From: Opitutaceae bacterium
GTDB lineage: Bacteria > Verrucomicrobiota > Verrucomicrobiia > Opitutales > Coraliomargaritaceae
Direction of reading: 5' to 3'
Assembly (NCBI GenBank): GCA_051252375.1
Contig: JBPOFY010000002.1
Span: 480,001 to 544,000, forward strand
Length of the DNA stretch: 64,000 nucleotides
Made by a program: the position numbers and the translations under genes. Of the stretch, positions 49,700 through 60,232 are shown one piece after another. The notes below the pieces were generated by a model. That model was not told the DNA's origin and did no database searches. It saw nothing but the letters and a program-made list of their open reading frames with translations. The first letter of the stretch is position 1; every line of letters begins with the position of its first letter.

Positions 49700-50507
49700 G
49701 CTGACACTTCGGACAATAAAAACTGTTCCGCTGACCAATGTTCAGCGAACGAATCGCGGTGTCACAAACCGGGCAAGCTTCACCGGCTTTGCCATAGACC
49801 TTTAGCTGGATACGAAAGTAACCCGGTTTGCCATCGGCACCGAGAAAATCGCGTAGCGTTGTGCCGCCTTGCTCAATCGCTTTAGCGAGCACGGTCTTGA
49901 TGTTTTGTGCCAGCACTTGATAACGCTGGCGGCTGATGTTCCCAGCCGCACGCCTCGGGTCGATCCCGCTCATGAACAGCGCTTCATTCGCATAGATATT
50001 ACCCACACCGACGACCACAGCATTGGTCATAATGAAGTTCTTCACCGCCACCGTGCGACCACGTGAGCGCTCAAATAAACGCGCCCCATCAAACGCATCC
50101 GTCAACGGTTCCGGACCTAAGCCAGCAAATAATTTAAGCTCCGGCTCAGCCGCCCCTTGCCACAAGCAGGCACCAAAACGGCGCGGATCATTCAAGCGCA
50201 GGCAATAACCAGCATCCAAAACGATATCCAAATGGTCGTGCTTCAACACCGCCTTGTCAGTGGGCTGCACAGTCAAACTGCCCGACATACCTAAGTGTAA
50301 CACAATCGAACCGGCAGCAGTATCCAGTAGCAGATACTTCGCTCGGCGACGCACAGCTCGAATCTCATGCCCTACCGCCAGTTGCACAGCATCCGGCACA
50401 AGCCATCGCAACTGCGGTTGACGCACCCGCACGGCAATCACTTGCTTGCCCTCTACATGCGGCGCAATCCCACGACGGGTTGTTTCAACTTCAGGTAATT
50501 CAGGCAT
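49695..50507 (-). CDS. mutM: Formamidopyrimidine-DNA glycosylase
   Basis: [35 protein letters not shown] motifs and C-terminal zinc finger. Confidence 0.97.
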   Translation of the reverse strand: MPELPEVETTRRGIAPHVEGKQVIAVRVRQPQLRWLVPDAVQLAVGHEIRAVRRRAKYLLLDTAAGSIVLHLGMSGSLTVQPTDKAVLKHDHLDIVLDAGYCLRLNDPRRFGACLWQGAAEPELKLFAGLGPEPLTDAFDGARLFERSRGRTVAVKNFIMTNAVVVGVGNIYANEALFMSGIDPRRAAGNISRQRYQVLAQNIKTVLAKAIEQGGTTLRDFLGADGKPGYFRIQLKVYGKAGEACPVCDTAIRSLNIGQRNSFYCPKCQR

Positions 50508-50729
50508 TCTAAAAACAACGAATCCTCAACACCGCTACGGTCAACGACCAATGGTATAAATCACAGCTTTATGTCCGTGAATGCGATAGAGTAAGGACGA
50601 CTCTGATGCAGGTTTAACCACCCGCTCCCGACGGTCGCTAGAGGACGCTGAGAGCCCAGAGGTGCTACGTGAAGAGGCGAAACTTAAAGAAATATATTTA
50701 AACGAACCTAACTATTTACTGACGCCAAA

Positions 50730-50803
50730 GGTAGGGACGCCTGCCCTCAGGCGTCCTGAGTAGTAAGAAGTATCGCGGACGCCTAGGGGCAGGCGTCCCT
50801 ACC
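50730..50803. repeat. GTAG REP doublet, family C
   Basis: ggtagggacgcctgccctcaggcgtcc...ggacgcctaggggcaggcgtccctacc. Confidence 0.85.
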
Positions 50804-50857
50804 ACCACTCAAACAACATTGTTTACATAACCGCTCAGTGAACTGTAAGCTAACTTC

Positions 50858-51718
50858 GTGAAACGACTGAGCAAAATGAAGTATTTCGCACTGATTATGT
50901 CTGCGCTGATTTTGCTTTCTAGCGGAGTTCAAGCCAATGCTTCAGTCCGAGCGAGGGCAGAATTGGTGAAAGCATCATCAAACATGCGCAGCATAAGCAT
51001 TGTCTTCGCCACTCAGCAGACTGAAACGGATGTAGGATATGACGCCGAAGAGTTTCTGACGATGAAGGACTTCCTTAAACTAATGGCAGCTTGGGACCTT
51101 ACTGACTCCCGCGTTTTCTTCAGTCATATCGAATACCCTGAATTCAAGAATGATACTCCACCTGTTATAATTACTCCTAAGCAAGAAGGAACGCCTCCTG
51201 AGATTAACTCCGATATCCTGAAATTCCCAATTGGCTATTCCATCGCGGTCTATCCAGACCCAAATGAAATGCCCACTTCGTTGACTCCATTATTGTGGAC
51301 GCGCGGATTACATAAGTTTCAAGAGTTCGACAAACCTTACTCAGGGCATATCGCTTTTCTCGATGGGCATGTTAACTACTTCGAAGGCGAACCTGGGAAC
51401 CAAGACCCTGATCTAATCAAGGTATTCGAAGAAGGTAGTCCCTACTCCTCAGCAATCCGCATCCTAGAACACGTCCCAGACGATTGGGTTGAAACGGCTC
51501 CACTTCCAATCCGCTATCGGGAAGGAGCTAGAATCCCTTTTTTCGCGCGCTATGGTGCTTTATTCTTTTTATTCATCCCCCCGCTGCTTAGCGGATTCTT
51601 AGCCATCATATTCAAGAGAACGGGCACACCCTTCTACCAAAGAGTCATAAGTGGCGCTAAAACTTTCACCATCGTATTGATATTCACAGTCCTGCTCTCC
51701 TCGATATTTCTATGCTAA
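50858..51718 (+). CDS. H-X9-DG-type (pseudopilin-associated, DUF1559-like) protein with signal peptide and two C-terminal TM helices
   Basis: RARAELVKASSNMRSI, TPLLWTRGL, GHIAFLDGHV; alternative ATG at 50876. Confidence 0.7.
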   Translation: MKRLSKMKYFALIMSALILLSSGVQANASVRARAELVKASSNMRSISIVFATQQTETDVGYDAEEFLTMKDFLKLMAAWDLTDSRVFFSHIEYPEFKNDTPPVIITPKQEGTPPEINSDILKFPIGYSIAVYPDPNEMPTSLTPLLWTRGLHKFQEFDKPYSGHIAFLDGHVNYFEGEPGNQDPDLIKVFEEGSPYSSAIRILEHVPDDWVETAPLPIRYREGARIPFFARYGALFFLFIPPLLSGFLAIIFKRTGTPFYQRVISGAKTFTIVLIFTVLLSSIFLC

Positions 51719-51854
51719 AGAACGCTGAGCACGTAGAACTTAAAAGAGCCTCTAGTTTAGATTCTCCGTAACTTCGCGCTCTCCAGTGACCGGAGAGAAC
51801 GGGTGGTTATAATTCAATCACTGTAAGTCCACTAGAGACCTGCAACATGGATCG

Positions 51855-53441
<1,587 letters not shown>

Positions 53442-53537
53442 CGGTAGGATCTGCTTAGGAGAAAAGCGATGAAGACAAAGGTTTGCCGGCGTGGGCGCAA
53501 ACGAAAAAAGAGCCGAGAAATGGTAGCTCTGAGAGGA

Positions 53538-53618
53538 TGTAGCCGAGTCAGTCTACTGACTCGGCACGTTGGAAGGGTCTCTTTTCTAACTTACACGGCA
53601 CAGAGTGCCGTGACTACA
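53538..53618. repeat. Family E-type GTAG REP doublet in the cimA upstream region
   Basis: tgtagccgagtcagtctactgactcggc...cacggcacagagtgccgtgactaca; the right arm closely matches the 39427 right arm. Confidence 0.7.
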
Positions 53619-53731
53619 ATTGACCAAAGGAGCCTACTCACCCCAAAAGGTCACACACAGCTCCACCACAGCTTAGGGGTTGATTAAGCAGCCTGATTGT
53701 TAATAGAACCGAGTAAAGAATCCCTAATCGC

Positions 53732-54142
53732 GTGTCTTCCCAAAGCAAAGAAATCCCCGGGCTTCGTGCCGCTCTCGATAAACTTGTCTATTTCCACGAC
53801 AAGGAACGCCTCCCCAGCGATGCACCCCACGCCTTTATTTATTTTATCACCATCACCAATTTCTCTGATACGACCGTGACGATACGAGGGCGCCGCTGGG
53901 TGCTGCGCGACGAAGATGGTCATAGCCACGTCATCGAGGGTGAAGGTATCGTGGGCAAAGAACCGACGATCGCACCGGGTGAAACGTTTACCTACAACAG
54001 TTACCACATGACGCATTGCGCCAGTATTGCGACGGGTTCCTTCCACGGGATTGACAGCTCCGGCTATCCGTTCCATCTCCGCATACCTGAAATCGAGATG
54101 AAAATCCCACCGAATAGCCCAGAAGGCTCGCCCCATACATGA
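53732..54142 (+). CDS. apaG: ApaG/DUF525 protein
   Basis: FIYFITITN, RRWV, GEGIVGKEP, FTYNS, GSFHG motifs; GTG start. Confidence 0.85.
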   Translation: MSSQSKEIPGLRAALDKLVYFHDKERLPSDAPHAFIYFITITNFSDTTVTIRGRRWVLRDEDGHSHVIEGEGIVGKEPTIAPGETFTYNSYHMTHCASIATGSFHGIDSSGYPFHLRIPEIEMKIPPNSPEGSPHT

Positions 54143-55497
54143 AGTTGATCGACTTGAATCCTAATGGGGCTATCGGCGCCAGTGCCACCTACGTCCAAAT
54201 CGGAGCATTTCACATTTTAGTGGATTCTGGTCTAAACCCGAAGGAATTGGGCTTAGCCGCCACCCCAGACTTTGAACTGATTGAGGACATCGATCTCGAT
54301 TTGATCGTGCTCACTCACTGCCATTTGGATCACCTCGGATCGCTGCCCATCATCGCCGCGCATAATCCGGACACACCGATTATCACCTCGGCTCCGAATG
54401 TTGAGCTCGCACCTCGCATGTTGCGCAACTCGATCAACGTGATGAAGCGCCAGCGCGAGGAGCACGGCATCACCGACTACCCACTCTTTCTGCACCGCGA
54501 CGTGATCCAAGTTTCCAAACAACTCGTCATGCAACGCTTTGAGCGCGGCGAAATCTACCGTAAGGGCGACGAAACCATCGAAGTGATTCTTCACCCCGCC
54601 GGACACGTGGCCGGAGCGGCAGCGGTCGAATTCATCCACAACGGGCGCCGCATCGTGTTTTCGGGCGACGTGCTATTTGAGGCTCAACGCACATTACCGG
54701 GCGCGCACCTACCGACTGGAAAAATCGACACGCTCATACTCGAAACGACACGCGGCGCGAAAGCGCGCAATCCAGAACTGACCCGCGCCTCCGAAGTGGA
54801 TCGACTGGTCACGCAGATCAACGACATCTTAGAACGCGGAGGCAGCTGCCTCATTCCGGTTTTTGCGCTTGGTCGTATGCAGGAGCTTTTCAAAATCATT
54901 TTCGAGGCGCGCAGCTTTGGACGACTGCCAAAATGCCCCATCCACGCCGCAGGACTGGGCATGGATATCTGCAACTACTTTGAAAAGATCCGTAAGCGCA
55001 CGCAGCTCATCGACTTCGACATCAGCATGCTCGAAAAGATGAAGGTGCGCTCGGTCGATCAGAATATGCGCCCTGGACGGGACTTGCCGCGTAAAGGCAT
55101 CTACCTCGTCAGTAGCGGCATGATGGTCGAGCACACGCCCTCATACAAAGTCGCTGCCTCCCTGCTACCCCACGCACAAAATGGGATTTGCTTTGTCGGC
55201 TATTGCGACCCCGACACTCCCGGCGGCAAATTACTCGAAGAGCGCGACAGCGGCAGTTTCTTTTTCGATGCCATGGACTACAGCGCACCGATTCGCGCCT
55301 CGATCGATCAATTCGATCTGAGTGGTCATGCCCATCGCGAAGAATTAAGCGACTATGCCACCCAATCGGAGGCTCGTTCCGTGGTGCTCAACCATGGAGA
55401 CCCCGAAGCTCGCGAATGGTTTTTACGCGATTTAACTGAGCGATTACCACAATCTAAGATTGTCAATCCGACGTCAGGGATTGAGTATACGGTTTGA
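54139..55497 (+). CDS. Metallo-beta-lactamase/beta-CASP ribonuclease (CPSF-like)
   Basis: THCHLDH, AGHVAGA, FSGD, PVFALGRMQE, SSGM, LSGHA, LNHGD motifs; ATGA overlap with apaG. Confidence 0.9.
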   Translation: MKLIDLNPNGAIGASATYVQIGAFHILVDSGLNPKELGLAATPDFELIEDIDLDLIVLTHCHLDHLGSLPIIAAHNPDTPIITSAPNVELAPRMLRNSINVMKRQREEHGITDYPLFLHRDVIQVSKQLVMQRFERGEIYRKGDETIEVILHPAGHVAGAAAVEFIHNGRRIVFSGDVLFEAQRTLPGAHLPTGKIDTLILETTRGAKARNPELTRASEVDRLVTQINDILERGGSCLIPVFALGRMQELFKIIFEARSFGRLPKCPIHAAGLGMDICNYFEKIRKRTQLIDFDISMLEKMKVRSVDQNMRPGRDLPRKGIYLVSSGMMVEHTPSYKVAASLLPHAQNGICFVGYCDPDTPGGKLLEERDSGSFFFDAMDYSAPIRASIDQFDLSGHAHREELSDYATQSEARSVVLNHGDPEAREWFLRDLTERLPQSKIVNPTSGIEYTV

Positions 55498-55534
55498 TTT
55501 TCACCCAAATCCGTATAACGTCTTATTACACAGT

Positions 55535-55924
55535 ATGAAGGTTGATTACAAAATCTACAAAGAGCACGAACTTGTGATAGAAATCATCTCAGGCGAGACT
55601 ACCATCGAAGGGCTCGCGGATAAAACGAATACACTATTTTCGGATCCCGATTATGATGCGAATTATGTCGGCGTAGCTGACTACCGCCAAGCTGTCTCGC
55701 AAGTCACACGTGCGGAGCTCTATGGTTTCGCTAATTTCATTAATCAGAGCGATCAATTTGGAAAGTCGAAATGGGCGATCATCGCCAATGACCCGATGGT
55801 CGTCGCGCTGAGCCAAGTCTTCCAGCAACGCCTACTCGATCAGAGCAAAATCGGCATTTTCAATTCACCGATCGCCGCAGCGAAATTCATCGAGAAGCCG
55901 GTTTTATTAGACCTGCTAAAGTAA
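55535..55924 (+). CDS. Hypothetical protein (possibly STAS/SpoIIAA-like)
   Basis: 129 aa from ATG 55535; DPDY..VADYR..KWAII..IFNS..AAKFI pattern. Confidence 0.65.
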   Translation: MKVDYKIYKEHELVIEIISGETTIEGLADKTNTLFSDPDYDANYVGVADYRQAVSQVTRAELYGFANFINQSDQFGKSKWAIIANDPMVVALSQVFQQRLLDQSKIGIFNSPIAAAKFIEKPVLLDLLK

Positions 55925-55937
55925 AGCGAGTAACCGC

Positions 55938-56882
55938 TTAGCGCCCGAAGAGCTTACCAAACAATCCGCCCTTCTTTTGCTCATCAATACCGAAGTGGAG
56001 GCGACTCAATGCCAATGCAAGACGCTCAACTCGAGGCTCATTGACATTCAAGAAGAAACGCTCAGGCATGCCGCCGGTATTAAAAATCTGCTCTAGATCG
56101 ATTGCTTCTGCGGTAAACCATTCGCACAAGTCTTTGACCTGCTCTAAACCCAATTTCAACTGGGCCTCGGTGTTCAACTTACTTGCCTTCTTTCGCACCG
56201 CCTCTTCTTCCTCGGTCAAACCGACACCGCTCTGATGCAGCAATTCTAACTGCAAGGATTCGTCGAAGCCTTCAGCGACTAATGCAATGGCCTCTGCCAA
56301 ATGCAGCCCACGCTCGCCACGGCGATACGGCATGTGCTTTCGTATGCCAACATCGTCTTTATGCGCGAGTCCATTGAGGAAGGTCTTCAAGTCACCACCG
56401 ACGACGACATTACGGGCGAGCTTTTGCCCGAAATGAACCACCTCGAGAAGCGTGGTCAGTTCTTCGCTCTTCAGCAGCTCCTTCGTATCCTCTGAAAACT
56501 GTAGGAATTTAGCTGGATAGTTTGTAGGCACCTGCAATTTCGCCAAGATCCGCTCGAAAGTATTATCTTCATAGCTTTCCTCTTCAACGGTATCGACCAT
56601 ATCGCCGAAAGGATCATCGAAGGCCAATGTCTCGCGAAGGATATCCATGAGTTTATGGATACGCCCTTTTTTACCGACCAGACCAGGGACACTATTTAAC
56701 TCTTCGAAAGTATACTCGATGTATTTGTTTGGCGTTTCATCGCCGCCCTTGAAGGGCCAGGAAACACCGACATTTTGCCCCAGCTTCGCGATTTCGGTCT
56801 CATTCAAGATCGAATTAAAAAAACGCTTACGAATGTATTCCCATTCTTGCTCGGAATAATGCTCAATATTTTCTTTAGACAT
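55938..56882 (-). CDS. Hypothetical protein with HhH/alphaCTD-like segments and a C-terminal amphipathic helix
   Basis: TFEELNSVPGLVGKK and FSEDTKELLKSEELTTL segments; ends KKGGLFGKLFGR; 10 bp downstream of parA. Confidence 0.75.
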   Translation of the reverse strand: MSKENIEHYSEQEWEYIRKRFFNSILNETEIAKLGQNVGVSWPFKGGDETPNKYIEYTFEELNSVPGLVGKKGRIHKLMDILRETLAFDDPFGDMVDTVEEESYEDNTFERILAKLQVPTNYPAKFLQFSEDTKELLKSEELTTLLEVVHFGQKLARNVVVGGDLKTFLNGLAHKDDVGIRKHMPYRRGERGLHLAEAIALVAEGFDESLQLELLHQSGVGLTEEEEAVRKKASKLNTEAQLKLGLEQVKDLCEWFTAEAIDLEQIFNTGGMPERFFLNVNEPRVERLALALSRLHFGIDEQKKGGLFGKLFGR

Positions 56883-56892
56883 AACTGAATAC

Positions 56893-57780
56893 TTAGGCTT
56901 GTGCTGGGGTTTGTAAAATCTCTTCGGCGACTTGTGCGTAATCATCTCGGACCGATTCCTCAGTCCCAAGGTTCCCGATTAAATTTACCGGAAGACCTAG
57001 CGTAACTGCGCGACGAACGATTATAGCATCGCGGATCTGCGCATCAAGGATTCGTGCATCCTTCGCGATACGTCCCTGATTCTTAAATTGGTTAATGCGA
57101 AACTGCATGCGCATCTTAGGCACATCGATATCTACATTGCTTTTGATCGAGTTAAAAATCACCCCACGCACTTGCGCCGTAGGTTGCATACCAGCAACGC
57201 GGAAACTAGCGCTGAGATGGTGAAACTGCTGCAACTTGCCCACCAAAAGGGTAAAGCCGATCAAGCTAAGCGCATCGGGATTGGCCGGCACGTAAACTTC
57301 ACTACTACAAAAAATCCCACACTGCGCGGCAAATAAGACATTGGGCGGACAGTCAAAGATGATGAAGTCGTATTCATCTTCGACCTCAGCCAACTGTTCT
57401 TGAAAAATCGCAAATGCAGGCCGCCCATCAGGCGACTCAAAATCGTGCTCCAAATCAACCAAAGTAAACGTAGTCGGCACGACATCTAAGCCCGGCAGCA
57501 AGGCTTGCCCTTCGGGACCACGAATCACATCGCGCACAATACAATCTCGCAAACGGCAGACACCGGGCTCGAAGATAGAATACAAATGCCCCGAGTCTGC
57601 GGTATTCAAAGGATTCCAACGCTCCAAACGCATCGTCCAAATACTCGAGTTCGACTGAGCATCCAAATCGATTAACAAAACGCGATTTCCCTTCTCTGCG
57701 AGAGCGGCTGCTAAATTTACGACGAGCGAAGTCTTTCCGACCCCACCCTTGTAGTTAATGAAACTTAATTTACGTGGCAT
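56893..57780 (-). CDS. ParA-family ATPase (orphan)
   Basis: NYKGGVGKTS, LLIDLDAQSN, FDCPPN motifs; start MPRK at 57780. Confidence 0.93.
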   Translation of the reverse strand: MPRKLSFINYKGGVGKTSLVVNLAAALAEKGNRVLLIDLDAQSNSSIWTMRLERWNPLNTADSGHLYSIFEPGVCRLRDCIVRDVIRGPEGQALLPGLDVVPTTFTLVDLEHDFESPDGRPAFAIFQEQLAEVEDEYDFIIFDCPPNVLFAAQCGIFCSSEVYVPANPDALSLIGFTLLVGKLQQFHHLSASFRVAGMQPTAQVRGVIFNSIKSNVDIDVPKMRMQFRINQFKNQGRIAKDARILDAQIRDAIIVRRAVTLGLPVNLIGNLGTEESVRDDYAQVAEEILQTPAQA

Positions 57781-57895
57781 AACAACGTAGACCCAATCGT
57801 CATTCGAGCAGCAAGACAACACGCTACTGCATAAAAGAATAGTAAAATCAAAAACAAGATGGGGTATAAAGCCCAAATAACAGCTACGTAATCGA

Positions 57896-59554
57896 CTAAA
57901 CCAGAAGCTCTTCCGCGTGCGCACGGGCAGAAGCCGAGTTGCGATCCCCCAACATACGAGCCAGTTCTTCGAGACGATTTTCACGCGATTCGTGGATCGG
58001 ACCAATCGCAACCGTGGTGGAATCATCATCCTGCGATTTAGTAACGACGAAATGATTTTGCGCCAGCGATGCCACTTGAGGGAGGTGCGTCACGCAGAGC
58101 ACCTGATGTCGCCCCGATAGACGTGCAAGCTCAGCGCCGACCGCACGCCCCACTTCACCGCCGACATTTGCATCGACCTCGTCGAAGACGAGTAGCGGCG
58201 TGGCGTCGGCCTCCGCCAGCACCGTCTTCAATGCAAGCATCACACGGGCAGTCTCACCACTCGATGCGATTTTGTTGAGCGGCAAAAGATCTTGTCCGGC
58301 ATTGGGTGAGAAAAGAAAACGGCAGCCACTATCACCATGTTCAGTGAGTTCTTTCTCAGACAGCATTTCAATCGCGAGACGCGCTTTCTTAAAGCCGAGA
58401 GCCTGCAGCAATGCCGCGGCTTTTTCGGAGAGCACTTTAGCGGCCTTCGCGCGAGCTTTGGTGATTTTCTGCGCCTGCTTCTCCAGTTGCTTCTCCTGTT
58501 TAACAGCAGCCGCCCGCTTCGCTTCAAGCACGCCTTCGATGTCGCCTTGCACGGCAAGTTTTTGCGCCAACTCTACACGCTTACCGAGCACCGCCTCAAC
58601 GCTGCTACCATATTTCCGACGCAACTCTTGCCACAGATTCATCCGCTCCGTGGTGGCCTCGATCGTATCGGGATCAAAATCAAAATCGCTCGAGAGATGC
58701 CCGACTTCGTCACCCACATCCTGTAACTCAATCAACAAGCTCTGAACGCGTTCGTGTAATGGCTGCGAACCGGGGTCCAACTCTGCCAGTGATTCAATGC
58801 GGGCAACCAATGCACTCAATTGTTCGCTCAAGCCATTCTCGCCCGAAATAGCATCCGCGCAACCACTGGCCAACGCGACCAATTCTTGCGCACTGGACAT
58901 GCGAGTGTAATCGCGCTCCAACGCCTCAATGGATTCTTCGCTCACATTAACTGCATCGATCTTATTAATCTGCTTTTGCACAAACTCAATTTCGTCCGGA
59001 TCTAATCGCTCTCCGGTTTCGAGAGCAGCAATCTCTTTCAGCGCGTCGCGCCATACTCCGTAGTCCGCGCCATAGTCGGCAACTGCTTTATCATTGCCCG
59101 CATAGGCGTCCAGCATACGCAACTGGCATTTCTCTTGAAAAAGTTTCTGCGGCTCACCAGGTCCGTGAAAATCGATCCACGACTCGCCTAGATTTTGCAA
59201 CTGAGTCAGCGTCGCCATGCTGCCATTGATCTGTATGCGAGGCATCTTACTCTTATGGATACTGCGCTGTAAGAGAAGCACGCCGTCTTCACAAACCGGT
59301 AGCCCTGCACCATCAAGCAATCCATCGATTTCGGCAGAATCTTCAAAATACAGAGCGGCTTCGACTTCGACCGCATCGGTGCCTTGTCGAATCAAAGACT
59401 TATCCGTGCGGGCACCCGCCAACAAACCAAGCGCCCCGAGCAACACACTTTTACCTGCTCCGGTCTCACCCGTCACTGCCGTGAAGCCAGACTCAAACTC
59501 CAGCGTGACTTGATCCAACAGCGCGAGGTCTTTGATTTTCAGATATTGGAGCAT
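57896..59554 (-). CDS. recN: DNA repair protein RecN
   Basis: TGETGAGKS, IASSGETARVML, FDEVDANVGG, VTHLPQVA, ELARMLG motifs. Confidence 0.96.
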   Translation of the reverse strand: MLQYLKIKDLALLDQVTLEFESGFTAVTGETGAGKSVLLGALGLLAGARTDKSLIRQGTDAVEVEAALYFEDSAEIDGLLDGAGLPVCEDGVLLLQRSIHKSKMPRIQINGSMATLTQLQNLGESWIDFHGPGEPQKLFQEKCQLRMLDAYAGNDKAVADYGADYGVWRDALKEIAALETGERLDPDEIEFVQKQINKIDAVNVSEESIEALERDYTRMSSAQELVALASGCADAISGENGLSEQLSALVARIESLAELDPGSQPLHERVQSLLIELQDVGDEVGHLSSDFDFDPDTIEATTERMNLWQELRRKYGSSVEAVLGKRVELAQKLAVQGDIEGVLEAKRAAAVKQEKQLEKQAQKITKARAKAAKVLSEKAAALLQALGFKKARLAIEMLSEKELTEHGDSGCRFLFSPNAGQDLLPLNKIASSGETARVMLALKTVLAEADATPLLVFDEVDANVGGEVGRAVGAELARLSGRHQVLCVTHLPQVASLAQNHFVVTKSQDDDSTTVAIGPIHESRENRLEELARMLGDRNSASARAHAEELLV

Positions 59555-59563
59555 AACAAAAAA

Positions 59564-60130
59564 CTAAGAAGCGAGACCTAAGGTCTTCACCATCAACTGA
59601 GCCAGCAAAGTGAGCGGAAACATAGAGACTAGAAAGGTCACGACCAAACAGATAAATGTTTTGAGCAAAGTGAGGCGCAATGCCGCAGAAATCGAAAACA
59701 AGAGGATGATATAGCCATAAACAAAGCCCACAAAAATAAGTGGAAACCAATTGGCGATCACTTCGGGCTCAATCGACATCAAGGCAGGGATCAAACCAGC
59801 AAACAACAGCGTCCAAGGGATCAACCCAAGCCCCAGCGCCGTGCGAGCCTCGGCAAATGTCGCCTGCCCACCGAACCAACGACCAAAGTTACGCAATAAA
59901 TACGCGATCAGGCAAAGCCCGACCAGTCCAGCGAGTGCACCCGCGACAAGTATGCCACCTGAAGCTTGCTCGGCATATAAATAAATACGCCCCGCTTGAA
60001 CCAAACCAAATGCAGCCCCGGCTATCAGCGCCATCAAGTGCCCTTGCCCCGCATCCAACAGTGCGCGCACCGTGGCACCGGGTCGAAACCAGAACTTAAA
60101 AACAGATGCTTGTGATGACGAATATGACAT
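59564..60130 (-). CDS. Yip1-family membrane protein
   Basis: WFRPGATVR, GRWFGG..T motifs, five TM segments; start MSYSS. Confidence 0.75.
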   Translation of the reverse strand: MSYSSSQASVFKFWFRPGATVRALLDAGQGHLMALIAGAAFGLVQAGRIYLYAEQASGGILVAGALAGLVGLCLIAYLLRNFGRWFGGQATFAEARTALGLGLIPWTLLFAGLIPALMSIEPEVIANWFPLIFVGFVYGYIILLFSISAALRLTLLKTFICLVVTFLVSMFPLTLLAQLMVKTLGLAS

Positions 60131-60232
60131 AAATAAGAGAGCAGAGAAAACAGAAGCTGCGGCGGGCGCAAGTCTGACTCGAAAAGAAGACTTTAAAAGC
60201 CCGCACTTATCGGTATTCCTCTCCGCTCGCTC

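Larger units (their letters stand above)
50615..51809. repeat. Family F inverted arms bracketing one gene
   Basis: taaccacccgctcccgacggtcgctagag (from 50615) and ctccagtgaccggagagaacgggtggtta (51781-51809). Confidence 0.6.

Noticed and set aside
53538..53618. Cloverleaf-like four-way junction suggesting a tRNA or riboswitch
   Set aside because: No T-loop, anticodon arm or riboswitch core; the ends TGTAG/CTACA and the right arm match REP family E.
56893..58029. Long N-terminal extensions in the ORF track for ParA (also FKBP, OppB, Rho, Yip1, PdxA, LpxA, MscS)
   Set aside because: The extensions overlap neighbouring genes or repeats and precede the family-typical N-termini; downstream ATGs were used instead.
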